This document shows positions 1-8,153 of a DNA stretch of 64,000 nucleotides, piece by piece (within the stretch, counting starts at the first letter, position 1; every line of letters begins with the position of its first letter). Position numbers and translations under genes: made by a program. The DNA comes from a virus (taxonomy: Duplodnaviria > Caudoviricetes): positions 17,367 through 81,366 of IMG/VR virus record IMGVR_UViG_3300027769_000026; one strand, 5' to 3'. The notes beneath the pieces were generated by a model, which saw only the letters and a program-made list of their open reading frames with translations, was not told the DNA's origin and ran no database searches.

Positions 1-451
1 GTGCGCTTGTACACACATATACGTTGGCTCCCCAACGAACCAGATCATTTACTTTGTAAACGGTAGGCGCATGCGAGTAAGTACCTTTCCAGTCAAATCC
101 TCGTGTGTATACTGTCCATTTTGCCTGATCTGATTCAAGCAGTGACTGGGACACATGATTGGTATTACAAATGTAAATTATTCCACCATAGGTCACGATG
201 TCGTTTTCGTTGTAGTCTTCTGTTGCAGTCCAGGCACCGCGAAAATCAGTGCCATCTACCATGAGCTCCCAGCGACCAAGGCCTTCGTCGTCATAGAATC
301 CCTGACCTAAATCAGAGTCTGAAGTGTGTCCTGCTGTGCAAACGTATACTCGTCCGCCATATTTGACTACATCGTCCTTGACGTAAGGGTGACTATTTGT
401 CCAGTCACCGCGCCAAACGAACTTCAATCTACCTAGCTTAAATTCTGCCAT
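1..451 (-). CDS. Virion fibre protein with CBM5/12-like repeats (5' part; runs off the window, absent from the ORF track)
   Basis: My translation from ATG at 451: MAEFKLGRLKFVWRGDW...; three units of W..Y...D.V.(Y/W)GG.VY.C...H (e.g. YVKDDVVKYGGRVYVCTAGH, YKVNDLVRWGANVYVCTSA); TAAATA box at 473-478. Confidence 0.75.
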   Translation of the reverse strand, partial: MAEFKLGRLKFVWRGDWTNSHPYVKDDVVKYGGRVYVCTAGHTSDSDLGQGFYDDEGLGRWELMVDGTDFRGAWTATEDYNENDIVTYGGIIYICNTNHVSQSLLESDQAKWTVYTRGFDWKGTYSHAPTVYKVNDLVRWGANVYVCTSA

Positions 452-478
452 ATGCTTGTCCTCGCCTTGAGTTATTTA

Positions 479-829
479 TCAGACATCTTCTGGATAAGAA
501 CGGTTACCGTATTTTAACACCAGTTCGCCGTCTTCGTTTAGATAGTACGCCAACATTCTTTCATCCCAACGATATTGTTCGTAGTTGATATTGGCGTATG
601 TAAGCTCGTGGTCCAGACCACGCCCTTCAAAAAAATCTATTCCTGCTTCAAAACCTTCCCAGTTATCGGTTGCTTCACCTGGGTTGTTTATAGTCAAAGT
701 ATCAGATCCACTGCGACTGTCAAATCTAGCTAGATACAGTGTTCCAGTTTCGTCACGCCTGAGCCCATAGAAAAAGCGATTGAGTCTTATGGCTTCACTA
801 TCTGGGCTTTGTCCAATATATTTGCTCAT
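479..829 (-). CDS. Hypothetical virion structural protein
   Basis: Clean 116-aa ORF overlapping its upstream neighbour (TAATG) within the fibre cluster. Confidence 0.7.
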   Translation of the reverse strand: MSKYIGQSPDSEAIRLNRFFYGLRRDETGTLYLARFDSRSGSDTLTINNPGEATDNWEGFEAGIDFFEGRGLDHELTYANINYEQYRWDERMLAYYLNEDGELVLKYGNRSYPEDV

Positions 830-1167
830 TATGGTGTAATCTCACTATAACTAACCAGCACGTCGGCGCTGTCATCTGTATCTGCTACCACGATCAAACT
901 CTGCTGATAGTACATGTTAAACTTCTGATCTCCGCCGCATGCTACCAACGAGCATCCGGGCAAAATTTCAATGTCCTTGAACAGCCAAACGGCCACACTT
1001 GAATCATCATCTAGTACTTTTGCACTCACATGTATTGCATCTTCTGTAACATTGGCAATGTTGAAACCTAGTATTACTGCATATTTAGTCACAGTTGTGG
1101 ACAGCAAAACCGTTTCGGTTGTACCGCAGCCTGGACTAATCACGTTTCTAAGGTCTGTACTTGCCAT
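829..1167 (-). CDS. Small beta-sandwich virion protein (paralog of 7275-7601)
   Basis: 112 aa, alternating beta pattern; GFNIAN...V...IEILPG.SL resembles GLYVSN...V...VPIAPNSTL in 7275-7601. Confidence 0.7.
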   Translation of the reverse strand: MASTDLRNVISPGCGTTETVLLSTTVTKYAVILGFNIANVTEDAIHVSAKVLDDDSSVAVWLFKDIEILPGCSLVACGGDQKFNMYYQQSLIVVADTDDSADVLVSYSEITP

Positions 1168-1173
1168 GTCGTT

Positions 1174-1926
1174 TTATCCGTAAATCATTGCCGCGCTCAG
1201 TATCTCCAACGGATCAGCTGATCCACCGCCGCCACCGCCAGATGAAGAAAGCACTATAGTATTCTGTGCTGGAATAGTGTTAATACTCATTCCAGATCCT
1301 GCTACAATTTTGAAACTTGATCCGGCTGTGTCTGCTACAACTGGATCTTTTCCGGGTACTTCGATGTAGCCAAAAAATGGGTTTACGTTGATTGCGCCAG
1401 AAACCACATCATAATAAATTCCATCGCCGGATTGCAATGCTGATCGGGCTCTTGCGTCTGTGTAAAATAAATTTGTTGTTCCTTCAACTATCTCGTCTGA
1501 GCTAGGAAAAATCATGGACAAGTTTACACGATTGTTTGCATCATCGTACACTGCTGTGATATGATCGTGAACACCAGTTGTCAAGAGCGAAGCAGCGGCA
1601 TCTTGTACTTGATCTATTGAAATTCCAGTATAGCTCAATATTCCAGTTAGTGCATCATACGATAAATCACCTGTTACAACCAGTGCTGTCCTGGCGGTGG
1701 TAACAATGGCCGCAGAGCTCAGACCTAAAATACCTGTAGCTGAATCGTAAGAAAGTAGACCGCCTGTTACTCCTAAGGCAGTCCTGGCGCGACCTTCGGT
1801 GAAGTAGCGATGTAACGCACCTTCTTCGATGTCGTCTGTGGTTAATGCGTCTATTTGATCCAGGACATATTGCTGATCAGCAATATCAACATCCAGCATC
1901 CGACGCGGAACACGTGTCAAGCTCAT
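1174..1926 (-). CDS. Tail-fibre-like virion protein
   Basis: Two TD(D/E)I.EG..N.(Y/F)T..RAR motifs, LSYDS.TG repeats, poly-Gly linker and C-terminal hydrophobic helix LEILSAAMIYG. Confidence 0.75.
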   Translation of the reverse strand: MSLTRVPRRMLDVDIADQQYVLDQIDALTTDDIEEGALHRYFTEGRARTALGVTGGLLSYDSATGILGLSSAAIVTTARTALVVTGDLSYDALTGILSYTGISIDQVQDAAASLLTTGVHDHITAVYDDANNRVNLSMIFPSSDEIVEGTTNLFYTDARARSALQSGDGIYYDVVSGAINVNPFFGYIEVPGKDPVVADTAGSSFKIVAGSGMSINTIPAQNTIVLSSSGGGGGGSADPLEILSAAMIYG

Positions 1927-1965
1927 GATAAGTTATTTATCAATAGCAGAGCATTGGAGTTTGGA

Positions 1966-2451
1966 TCATTTTGAACTAGGTTTTTCAGGCCAAACCACCT
2001 TATCTATGCTTGTGTTATCGGTGATGTCGCGCAGGGCTTGACGATAGTTGTCCCATTCAGCAGCCCATTCTGCTGAGCGACTTGCTCGTACCGACGGTAA
2101 TTCTGTCCAATCAGACTCGGATAAAAATTGATCTCGTTCCCTGCGAAGTTGTATCCAGGCTTGCTCAGCAGATTCACTGAGCTCTTCAGCGGTAAAATCC
2201 ACAACTGTAAATGTTTCAAGGACCTGTGTTTCTTCAACTACGTACTGTGTTACCAGATATTGTGTGGATCTGTTGTGTGACGGAATACTATTTGTCACTA
2301 CTGGATACCACCCAAGCTCTAGCAATGTTTCTGCTGGAAAAAGATCTAGACGTGAAACATTTTCCCAGTTTTCTGGCAACGCCCTAGGACCTTCTACTAT
2401 TGTTTTGTTTTTTACAAGTGCATATATCATGTTAGTTGTACTTATTGACAT
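1966..2451 (-). CDS. Tail fibre assembly chaperone-like protein (Phage_tail_APC-type C-terminus)
   Basis: C-terminal W.QLR.ERD..L.ESDWT...W..YRQALRDIT......WP.KP signature. Confidence 0.8.
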   Translation of the reverse strand: MSISTTNMIYALVKNKTIVEGPRALPENWENVSRLDLFPAETLLELGWYPVVTNSIPSHNRSTQYLVTQYVVEETQVLETFTVVDFTAEELSESAEQAWIQLRRERDQFLSESDWTELPSVRASRSAEWAAEWDNYRQALRDITDNTSIDKVVWPEKPSSK

Positions 2452-3955
2452 AATCTGTTGACTCCGCAGTCACTGTGGTTGAAATTGCTGTTGCTGTTGC
2501 ACCTGTGTCGGTCATTGTTGCAAAATGAGTGCTGGTTGTTCCGGCGTAGGAGAATGATGTTATTGTGGTAGGTGTTACATTTACTGTTTTTATAGCTCGT
2601 CGATTGGCAGCAAAAGTTCCAACAACTCCACCATCAGTTAATAATTTTCCGTCTCTATCAAATTTAAGTTGCAGTGTTTGCCACTGTGCATTGTTGTCTA
2701 CAGTTAGTCCTGAAAAGGTAACATCACAGACTGCGTTAACATACAGCAGATTTCGGTTGATTCCAATTGCATAACCGTCGCTAATGCCAATGGTGGCACC
2801 AGTATCTTGACGTATAATATCTATAGCCTTGAGCCAGCGCCAATCAGAGTCCCCCCACGAAATTTTTCCAACAATGCATCTTGAATCTACTGCGGTGTAA
2901 CCTGTGATTGTTCTTGTACCATAAACAATATAAATGTTGCTGTCATTGTCAACCACAATAGACTCTGGACCTAGATTCAAATTTGTAGTAGTTGTTGTAG
3001 TAACCATACCAGCATAGGTAGGACGATTAACATGAATATAATTCATGCTTGATCCATCCTGTGGTACTCTGACGATGATAGTTTGTGATGTGGTAGCACG
3101 ATTGGCAGCAATAAACACAGTGCCGTTTTGATCCACCGACATAGCAGGTCCGCTGACATTGGTATTGAACGTTCCTAGTCCAGCTGTGACTTTGCCCCAA
3201 ACTTTGGAAAAATCTGTCTTGGAAAATTTAGTTACTGAAATTTGATTTCCAATGTAGGTTCCTACGTACAAATAACTTCCAAACTGCTCCAGTGCTAAAA
3301 TTGGGTTTTGATTTCCGTAATTGGTAGCGGCACCATTGCCTGATGTTTTACTCATGAGCAAAGCGCCAGTATTACCGTCTATTTTGTGCAGACCCATGTA
3401 GCTGGTACTTGTGGTTCCTGACTGCACATCTGACACAAAATAAATTGAATTGTCTGAGGAATCGTATACTGCAAAGGGTGCTTGTCTGCCGCCGGTTGAT
3501 CCTCTAAGCAACGCACCATATCTGAATTGCCAAATACGAGTGTGAGTTGACATGTTGAATTTTGCTATGATTGGATAGCTGTAGCCTTGTGCATTTTGCA
3601 GATTGCTTATGGCCATTATATAGTAGTACGTGTTGGTGCTGTCTGGAAACACACTGACCACCGACCAAGGTTTTTCAATAGCACCCTGACCTAGTGTGTT
3701 GTACCTAGACCAAGATAAACTGCCAGTAGAATCTAGCTTTACCCAACGAGACATGTATCCAGAAGTTGCTATCGCATCTCCAATGGACAAATATTGGCTG
3801 TCTGCAGAATCAAATCTAGGACGAAATCTAATGATCCTGCCATCAGCAGTTGTGGACAAATTGGCAGTCACACGCTCATAGCTCAGAGCTTTGTATACCG
3901 GCGCAATGTAATTTGATTGTTCAGCAATCAGTGCTAGTACGGAAGGCTTTGTCAT
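2432..3955 (-). CDS. Putative beta-propeller receptor-binding / fibre-tip protein
   Basis: 507 aa, S/T/G/Y-rich beta repeats (..D...N.Y......K....G...W.K); lies between the long fibre and the chaperone gene and overlaps both. Confidence 0.55.
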   Translation of the reverse strand: MTKPSVLALIAEQSNYIAPVYKALSYERVTANLSTTADGRIIRFRPRFDSADSQYLSIGDAIATSGYMSRWVKLDSTGSLSWSRYNTLGQGAIEKPWSVVSVFPDSTNTYYYIMAISNLQNAQGYSYPIIAKFNMSTHTRIWQFRYGALLRGSTGGRQAPFAVYDSSDNSIYFVSDVQSGTTSTSYMGLHKIDGNTGALLMSKTSGNGAATNYGNQNPILALEQFGSYLYVGTYIGNQISVTKFSKTDFSKVWGKVTAGLGTFNTNVSGPAMSVDQNGTVFIAANRATTSQTIIVRVPQDGSSMNYIHVNRPTYAGMVTTTTTTNLNLGPESIVVDNDSNIYIVYGTRTITGYTAVDSRCIVGKISWGDSDWRWLKAIDIIRQDTGATIGISDGYAIGINRNLLYVNAVCDVTFSGLTVDNNAQWQTLQLKFDRDGKLLTDGGVVGTFAANRRAIKTVNVTPTTITSFSYAGTTSTHFATMTDTGATATAISTTVTAESTDYVNKYN

Positions 3956-6900
3956 CTGCTGTCCTGTTGTATCATTGCGCCGCGCCAGATTGTGCCGCCA
4001 TCTCTAGAAATAAACACCAGCAGGTCAACTCCGCTCACAGTAAACGTAGGAGGAGATCCTCCAGGCCACTTCACTGTGGCAGGCCATATGATTCCAAATG
4101 CGCCAGGATTTGTCAATTCGATCATGATCACATTGACTGGCGTAGTAGTGTCTACTGTAAAGAAGAATGTGGTTGCACCTGCGATTGTTGCACTAAAGTG
4201 GGCTGCCGAACTGGCATCCAAGATGACATTACCTGTCACACTGCCTTTTGCTGAAGTTGGAAATGGTTGATTACCTGGTTTCCAATTTGTGCCGTTCCAA
4301 TACAGTACGTTGTTGGCAGTGGGCGCAGTTGTTACAGTATCAACGTCGTTCAGTTTGTTGATACTGTCGCTTGACGTTACCACAGCGGAGTCAACGGCTA
4401 TGGCGCCAGTTGTGCTGTTATAGCTAATGCCTGTACTGCCACTAAACAATCCTCGCACAGTGGCGTTATCAAGTGAAAATACACCAGTAAGACTACTGTA
4501 AGACACACCTGCTGTGCCACTGACCAATGCTCGACCAGATGTGGTAAAATCAGATACCTGGCTAGCAGTGATTGAAATATTTGCTTCTGACGCCGCGGTT
4601 AATCTTCCTTTAGAATCCACTGTGAAAGAAACTGTTTTTGCTGTGGTGGTTCCGTATGCCGCGGCTGTTACTGTGGTGTTTGCAAGAGTTGTTGCTATTG
4701 AAACAATACCAGAAGAACTGGTTGCAGTACCGGTTGTATCTCCTGTCAGCGTTACTGTTTTAGCATAGTCCTGGTTGTCACCAACTGTGGCACGACCATA
4801 TACATCCACTGTAATGTTGTTGTATGTGCCTGCTACCACGCCCGACGTGTTCATGTCGATAGTTGATTGGCCAGACACCGCATTGAAAGATTGTGTCAAT
4901 CTAGCAGAAACGCCGCCTGCTGGTAATATGCTTATTACTCCGCTGTTGCTGATTGTTTGGACGCCGCTAAGAAACGACGAGACCGAGATACCTGCACCAG
5001 AACTAACATAAAGCAAGCCAGTGTTGCTGATTGTGGCAGCTCCGGAGGCTTTGATCACTTGCATGCCTGTACCGGCTATAACGTCTAATATGCCTGAGTT
5101 TGAAATAGTTTGTGTACCTGATGATACCGATCCTACTGTTATACCTGTACCGGCTGTTACTGAAGTCAATGCTGAACTGCTTACAGTGACGTTTCCGCTT
5201 AGGTCTGTGGACACACTGACTGAACCAGTTCCAACAACTGTTCTAATTCCAGTGTTGGTAATTGTCAGTGTGCTGGTACCAGGTGTTGCTCCGTTGACGA
5301 TTGCCAGGCTAATTGCTGATCCTGCAATGAACGTAAACGAGTCCGTGTTTGATTTTGCAGTGGCGCTGGTTGCACCCACTGTGAGCGATTTGAAAATAAA
5401 TTGACTGCTGCCGCGATCACTATTAGTATATGCACCAGTGGCCGTGTCATAGGTTAAACCAGTTCCGGCAGAAAGTGATGCTCTGGCTCGTGCTTCAGTA
5501 AAGAATCTTGCTGTTGATATTTCTTCTAGGTCGGTTGTTTTAAGAATTTTGCCTGATATGTTGCCGGTTCCTGTTGTATAACCAAGATAGCCGCTGTTGT
5601 TAAACAAGGCAGTGCCACCACCAATTCGTAACTGGCCGCCAATCCAAAGATCATTCCAGCGGAAACTTGTATTACCCAAGTCGTGAATATTATTTGTGAC
5701 AGGTAAAATATCTGTGTTAACTGATGTGATTCTATCATTAAATCTTGCTAGAGTAAAATACTTGTTTGTAAGACCCTCAGGCAGTCCATCAGTATTGGTC
5801 AACACTGTACCACCGGTACTGCCACCCGAAACAAATCCATTGCTTATGTAGGCTGTAAATCCCGTGGTATCAAGCGGTATTGTTAATGTAGGATCAGTAA
5901 ACAGTCTAACCTGGGTGCTGTTAATGACATCTAAAAAGTATGTATTGCCATTGAGCTCAACCATGCCGATCACATCGGTGATGGTCACTTCGTCGCCGTC
6001 TACAAATCCATGCGGGGTAATTGTTGTTAGTATTCCTGGATTGGCCTGTGATACGTTGGTAATTACTTCACTGTGGCTTCCTGTACCAATCACAACTCTT
6101 ATTTCATACTGCCCCGACGAAGGATTCCTATAGACATCGCAACCAATGTGATTTCCATGTACCCATACGGATTCAATTCCATCTTGTGCTCGTTGATTTG
6201 TAAACCATTTGTTAACAGGAGATGCGTCTTCGGCTAGTTCATCTGTTGTGTGATTTGATATGTCTGATACTTGACCCGTGACATCGCCAGTAACATCTCC
6301 TACAAATGTATCAGCATACATGTTGTTTGTTGCTGTAATGTCTATAAATGTTGGGCTTGCGTTTGTGTCTATACGTTGGTTAGCAAGATCCAGATAGGAA
6401 GGAAGATTTATTCCAATAATACCTGTTAGTGAATCATATGTGATCAGCCCGGCGCCGCTCAATGCTGTACGCACACGAGGTATGGTAAAATAAAGATTGT
6501 CACCTTCTGGCAAGGCTGTTGTGTCAGTTGGTATCTGTCCCAGGATGCTGGTCTCAACCCATTGTTTGTTGGCCAACTGTCTTCCTAAAACAGGATTATC
6601 TATGCGAACATCTCTATCACCAAAATCAATACTAAGCCCAAATGCATCTTCATTTAATGAACCTGGAGTAACTTCTGTGATAGAAATCTTTCCAAAGTCA
6701 AGACCATAAAAGTCGGCACCAACGGTAGGAGGCGTTCCTACAAAAGTAATCTGGCCGCCTGTGTTGATTGTATAATCAATGAGCGGTCGTCTAAAGGTGC
6801 CATCGACGTAGATCAGCGTGTAGTATTCATTGTATGGGTTAGCAGCGACCCCGCCGTGTCGTAACTGAAAAGGTCCGACCGTTCCGTCAAATATCAAATC

Positions 6901-7218
6901 ATCAAATGGTTCTGCAGGATTGACCACATCGCCCGGAGAAGCTGACCCACTACCAGATCCTCCACCAAGGTGCATGTGCACCACTGTGATTATGGAATCG
7001 TCTGGGGGTGCTTCTGTGAACTCAAGATTTAGATTGCCGTCAAGATTGTATGCCGACACTGCCGGCTGAGTTACGCCGTCAATCACAACCAAAATGCTAC
7101 GAGGATTTACCGGACGGGGTTGACTCAGCGTGAAAGTTATCGTGGTGCCGTCACCTACGAATGTATCTACTGTGAAAGGAGCAAATCCAACAAAGGGATT
7201 GTTGCCAATGTACGCCAT
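3952..7218 (-). CDS. Long mosaic tail fibre protein
   Basis: 1088 aa; N-terminal MAYIGN...F.GDG....FTL module, four TD.L.EG.N.YFT..R motifs, ITNVSQANPG...HGF.DGD.VTI module, many AG.GI.V shaft repeats, C-terminal I.WP..VKWP.G..P..T..G.D...F...DGG..W.G domain. Confidence 0.85.
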   Translation of the reverse strand: MAYIGNNPFVGFAPFTVDTFVGDGTTITFTLSQPRPVNPRSILVVIDGVTQPAVSAYNLDGNLNLEFTEAPPDDSIITVVHMHLGGGSGSGSASPGDVVNPAEPFDDLIFDGTVGPFQLRHGGVAANPYNEYYTLIYVDGTFRRPLIDYTINTGGQITFVGTPPTVGADFYGLDFGKISITEVTPGSLNEDAFGLSIDFGDRDVRIDNPVLGRQLANKQWVETSILGQIPTDTTALPEGDNLYFTIPRVRTALSGAGLITYDSLTGIIGINLPSYLDLANQRIDTNASPTFIDITATNNMYADTFVGDVTGDVTGQVSDISNHTTDELAEDASPVNKWFTNQRAQDGIESVWVHGNHIGCDVYRNPSSGQYEIRVVIGTGSHSEVITNVSQANPGILTTITPHGFVDGDEVTITDVIGMVELNGNTYFLDVINSTQVRLFTDPTLTIPLDTTGFTAYISNGFVSGGSTGGTVLTNTDGLPEGLTNKYFTLARFNDRITSVNTDILPVTNNIHDLGNTSFRWNDLWIGGQLRIGGGTALFNNSGYLGYTTGTGNISGKILKTTDLEEISTARFFTEARARASLSAGTGLTYDTATGAYTNSDRGSSQFIFKSLTVGATSATAKSNTDSFTFIAGSAISLAIVNGATPGTSTLTITNTGIRTVVGTGSVSVSTDLSGNVTVSSSALTSVTAGTGITVGSVSSGTQTISNSGILDVIAGTGMQVIKASGAATISNTGLLYVSSGAGISVSSFLSGVQTISNSGVISILPAGGVSARLTQSFNAVSGQSTIDMNTSGVVAGTYNNITVDVYGRATVGDNQDYAKTVTLTGDTTGTATSSSGIVSIATTLANTTVTAAAYGTTTAKTVSFTVDSKGRLTAASEANISITASQVSDFTTSGRALVSGTAGVSYSSLTGVFSLDNATVRGLFSGSTGISYNSTTGAIAVDSAVVTSSDSINKLNDVDTVTTAPTANNVLYWNGTNWKPGNQPFPTSAKGSVTGNVILDASSAAHFSATIAGATTFFFTVDTTTPVNVIMIELTNPGAFGIIWPATVKWPGGSPPTFTVSGVDLLVFISRDGGTIWRGAMIQQDSR

Positions 7219-7274
7219 TTAGAGCCCGCCTATACTTTTATCCAGATATTTATCTGGGTGTGAGACCAGCGGCC

Positions 7275-7601
7275 TCAAGAGATCAACAATATCGATGCAA
7301 AAGCATTGCAATAGATATTTGATGAGAACGCTCGCAACTCGTCGTTGGGTTCTAAATTTATTGGTTTTTCTAGTACCAGCGTGGAATTTGGTGCAATCGG
7401 AACTTTGTGTAAAATTTCTCTGCTGGTTCCAGCACTGGAATCATAGACTTTTAGTGTGACAACTGTGCCGGTTAAATCACTAGTGTTTGATACATAAAGC
7501 CCGTGCACAATGGCACTACGTAATCCTGCGGCATCGGCAGTAAAAACTGTGGCTTCTGTTGTGGTCAGCGCGGCATTTGCGTTTACAAATTGACTAGGCA
7601 T
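7275..7601 (-). CDS. Small beta-sandwich virion protein
   Basis: 108 aa; similar to 829-1167; follows a gene ending in AIAYAIALGG. Confidence 0.7.
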   Translation of the reverse strand: MPSQFVNANAALTTTEATVFTADAAGLRSAIVHGLYVSNTSDLTGTVVTLKVYDSSAGTSREILHKVPIAPNSTLVLEKPINLEPNDELRAFSSNIYCNAFASILLIS

Positions 7602-7604
7602 TTA

Positions 7605-7877
7605 TCAACCTCCTAATGCGATTGCATAAGCAATGGCATCGCCTTCGCTGACATAGACTTCGCCAGACACAATCGTACTAGGACTAACCCAGGCTGTACC
7701 GTTCCAAAATTCCACCTGATTTGTTGTGGTATTCCATCGTTGCGCACCTTGCTCGGGTGCGGACGGACGTTGGCTTTGTGTACCAACCGGCATGACTAAA
7801 CTGCCCGTTTGGTCTATCTTGATAGTCTTGCTTTCGCTAGATATCTTATTCTGTTGATGGTCTAGATTGATTGCCAT
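7605..7877 (-). CDS. Short fibre/adaptor virion protein
   Basis: MPVGT.SQRP...G..RWNTT...VE motif shared with 12848-13330; C-terminal GDAIAYAIALGG; SD GGAG and TAAATA box upstream. Confidence 0.75.
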   Translation of the reverse strand: MAINLDHQQNKISSESKTIKIDQTGSLVMPVGTQSQRPSAPEQGAQRWNTTTNQVEFWNGTAWVSPSTIVSGEVYVSEGDAIAYAIALGG

Positions 7878-8118
7878 TGTTGTCTCCTGAACTACCAGTA
7901 TTTACCGGTTCATCAGCTTCAGAGACCCAATGGTTTAATGGACAAGACATGTTTTTGAGTTTGGTTTTGAAAGGCATGTAACAGCCACATTCTTTACACA
8001 TGCTTGTGATTGAAATGTAGCGATCACAAGACTTGCAAATCTGTGTGCGACGAATGGCTTCTATTTCTGAAGCCAGTTTCACATTCCAAAATTTAGCAAA
8101 TCTTTCCTGTTTGTCCAT
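7846..8118 (-). CDS. Small Cys-rich putative Zn-binding protein (DUF6171-like); start reassigned to MDKQ at 8118
   Basis: R..ICKSC......CKECGCYM..KTK....SCPL.HW pattern; promoter-like TGCTATAAT 6 nt upstream of ATG 8118. Confidence 0.7.
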   Translation of the reverse strand: MDKQERFAKFWNVKLASEIEAIRRTQICKSCDRYISITSMCKECGCYMPFKTKLKNMSCPLNHWVSEADEPVNTGSSGDNNGNQSRPSTE

Positions 8119-8124
8119 GACACT

Positions 8125-8153
8125 ATTATAGCATCCTGCGCAACTCATTACAA
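8125..8153 (-). promoter_or_regulatory. Host sigma70-type promoter for the Cys-rich gene
   Basis: Minus strand TTGTAA (8153-8148), 17-nt spacer, TATAAT (8130-8125) with extended -10 TG. Confidence 0.65.
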
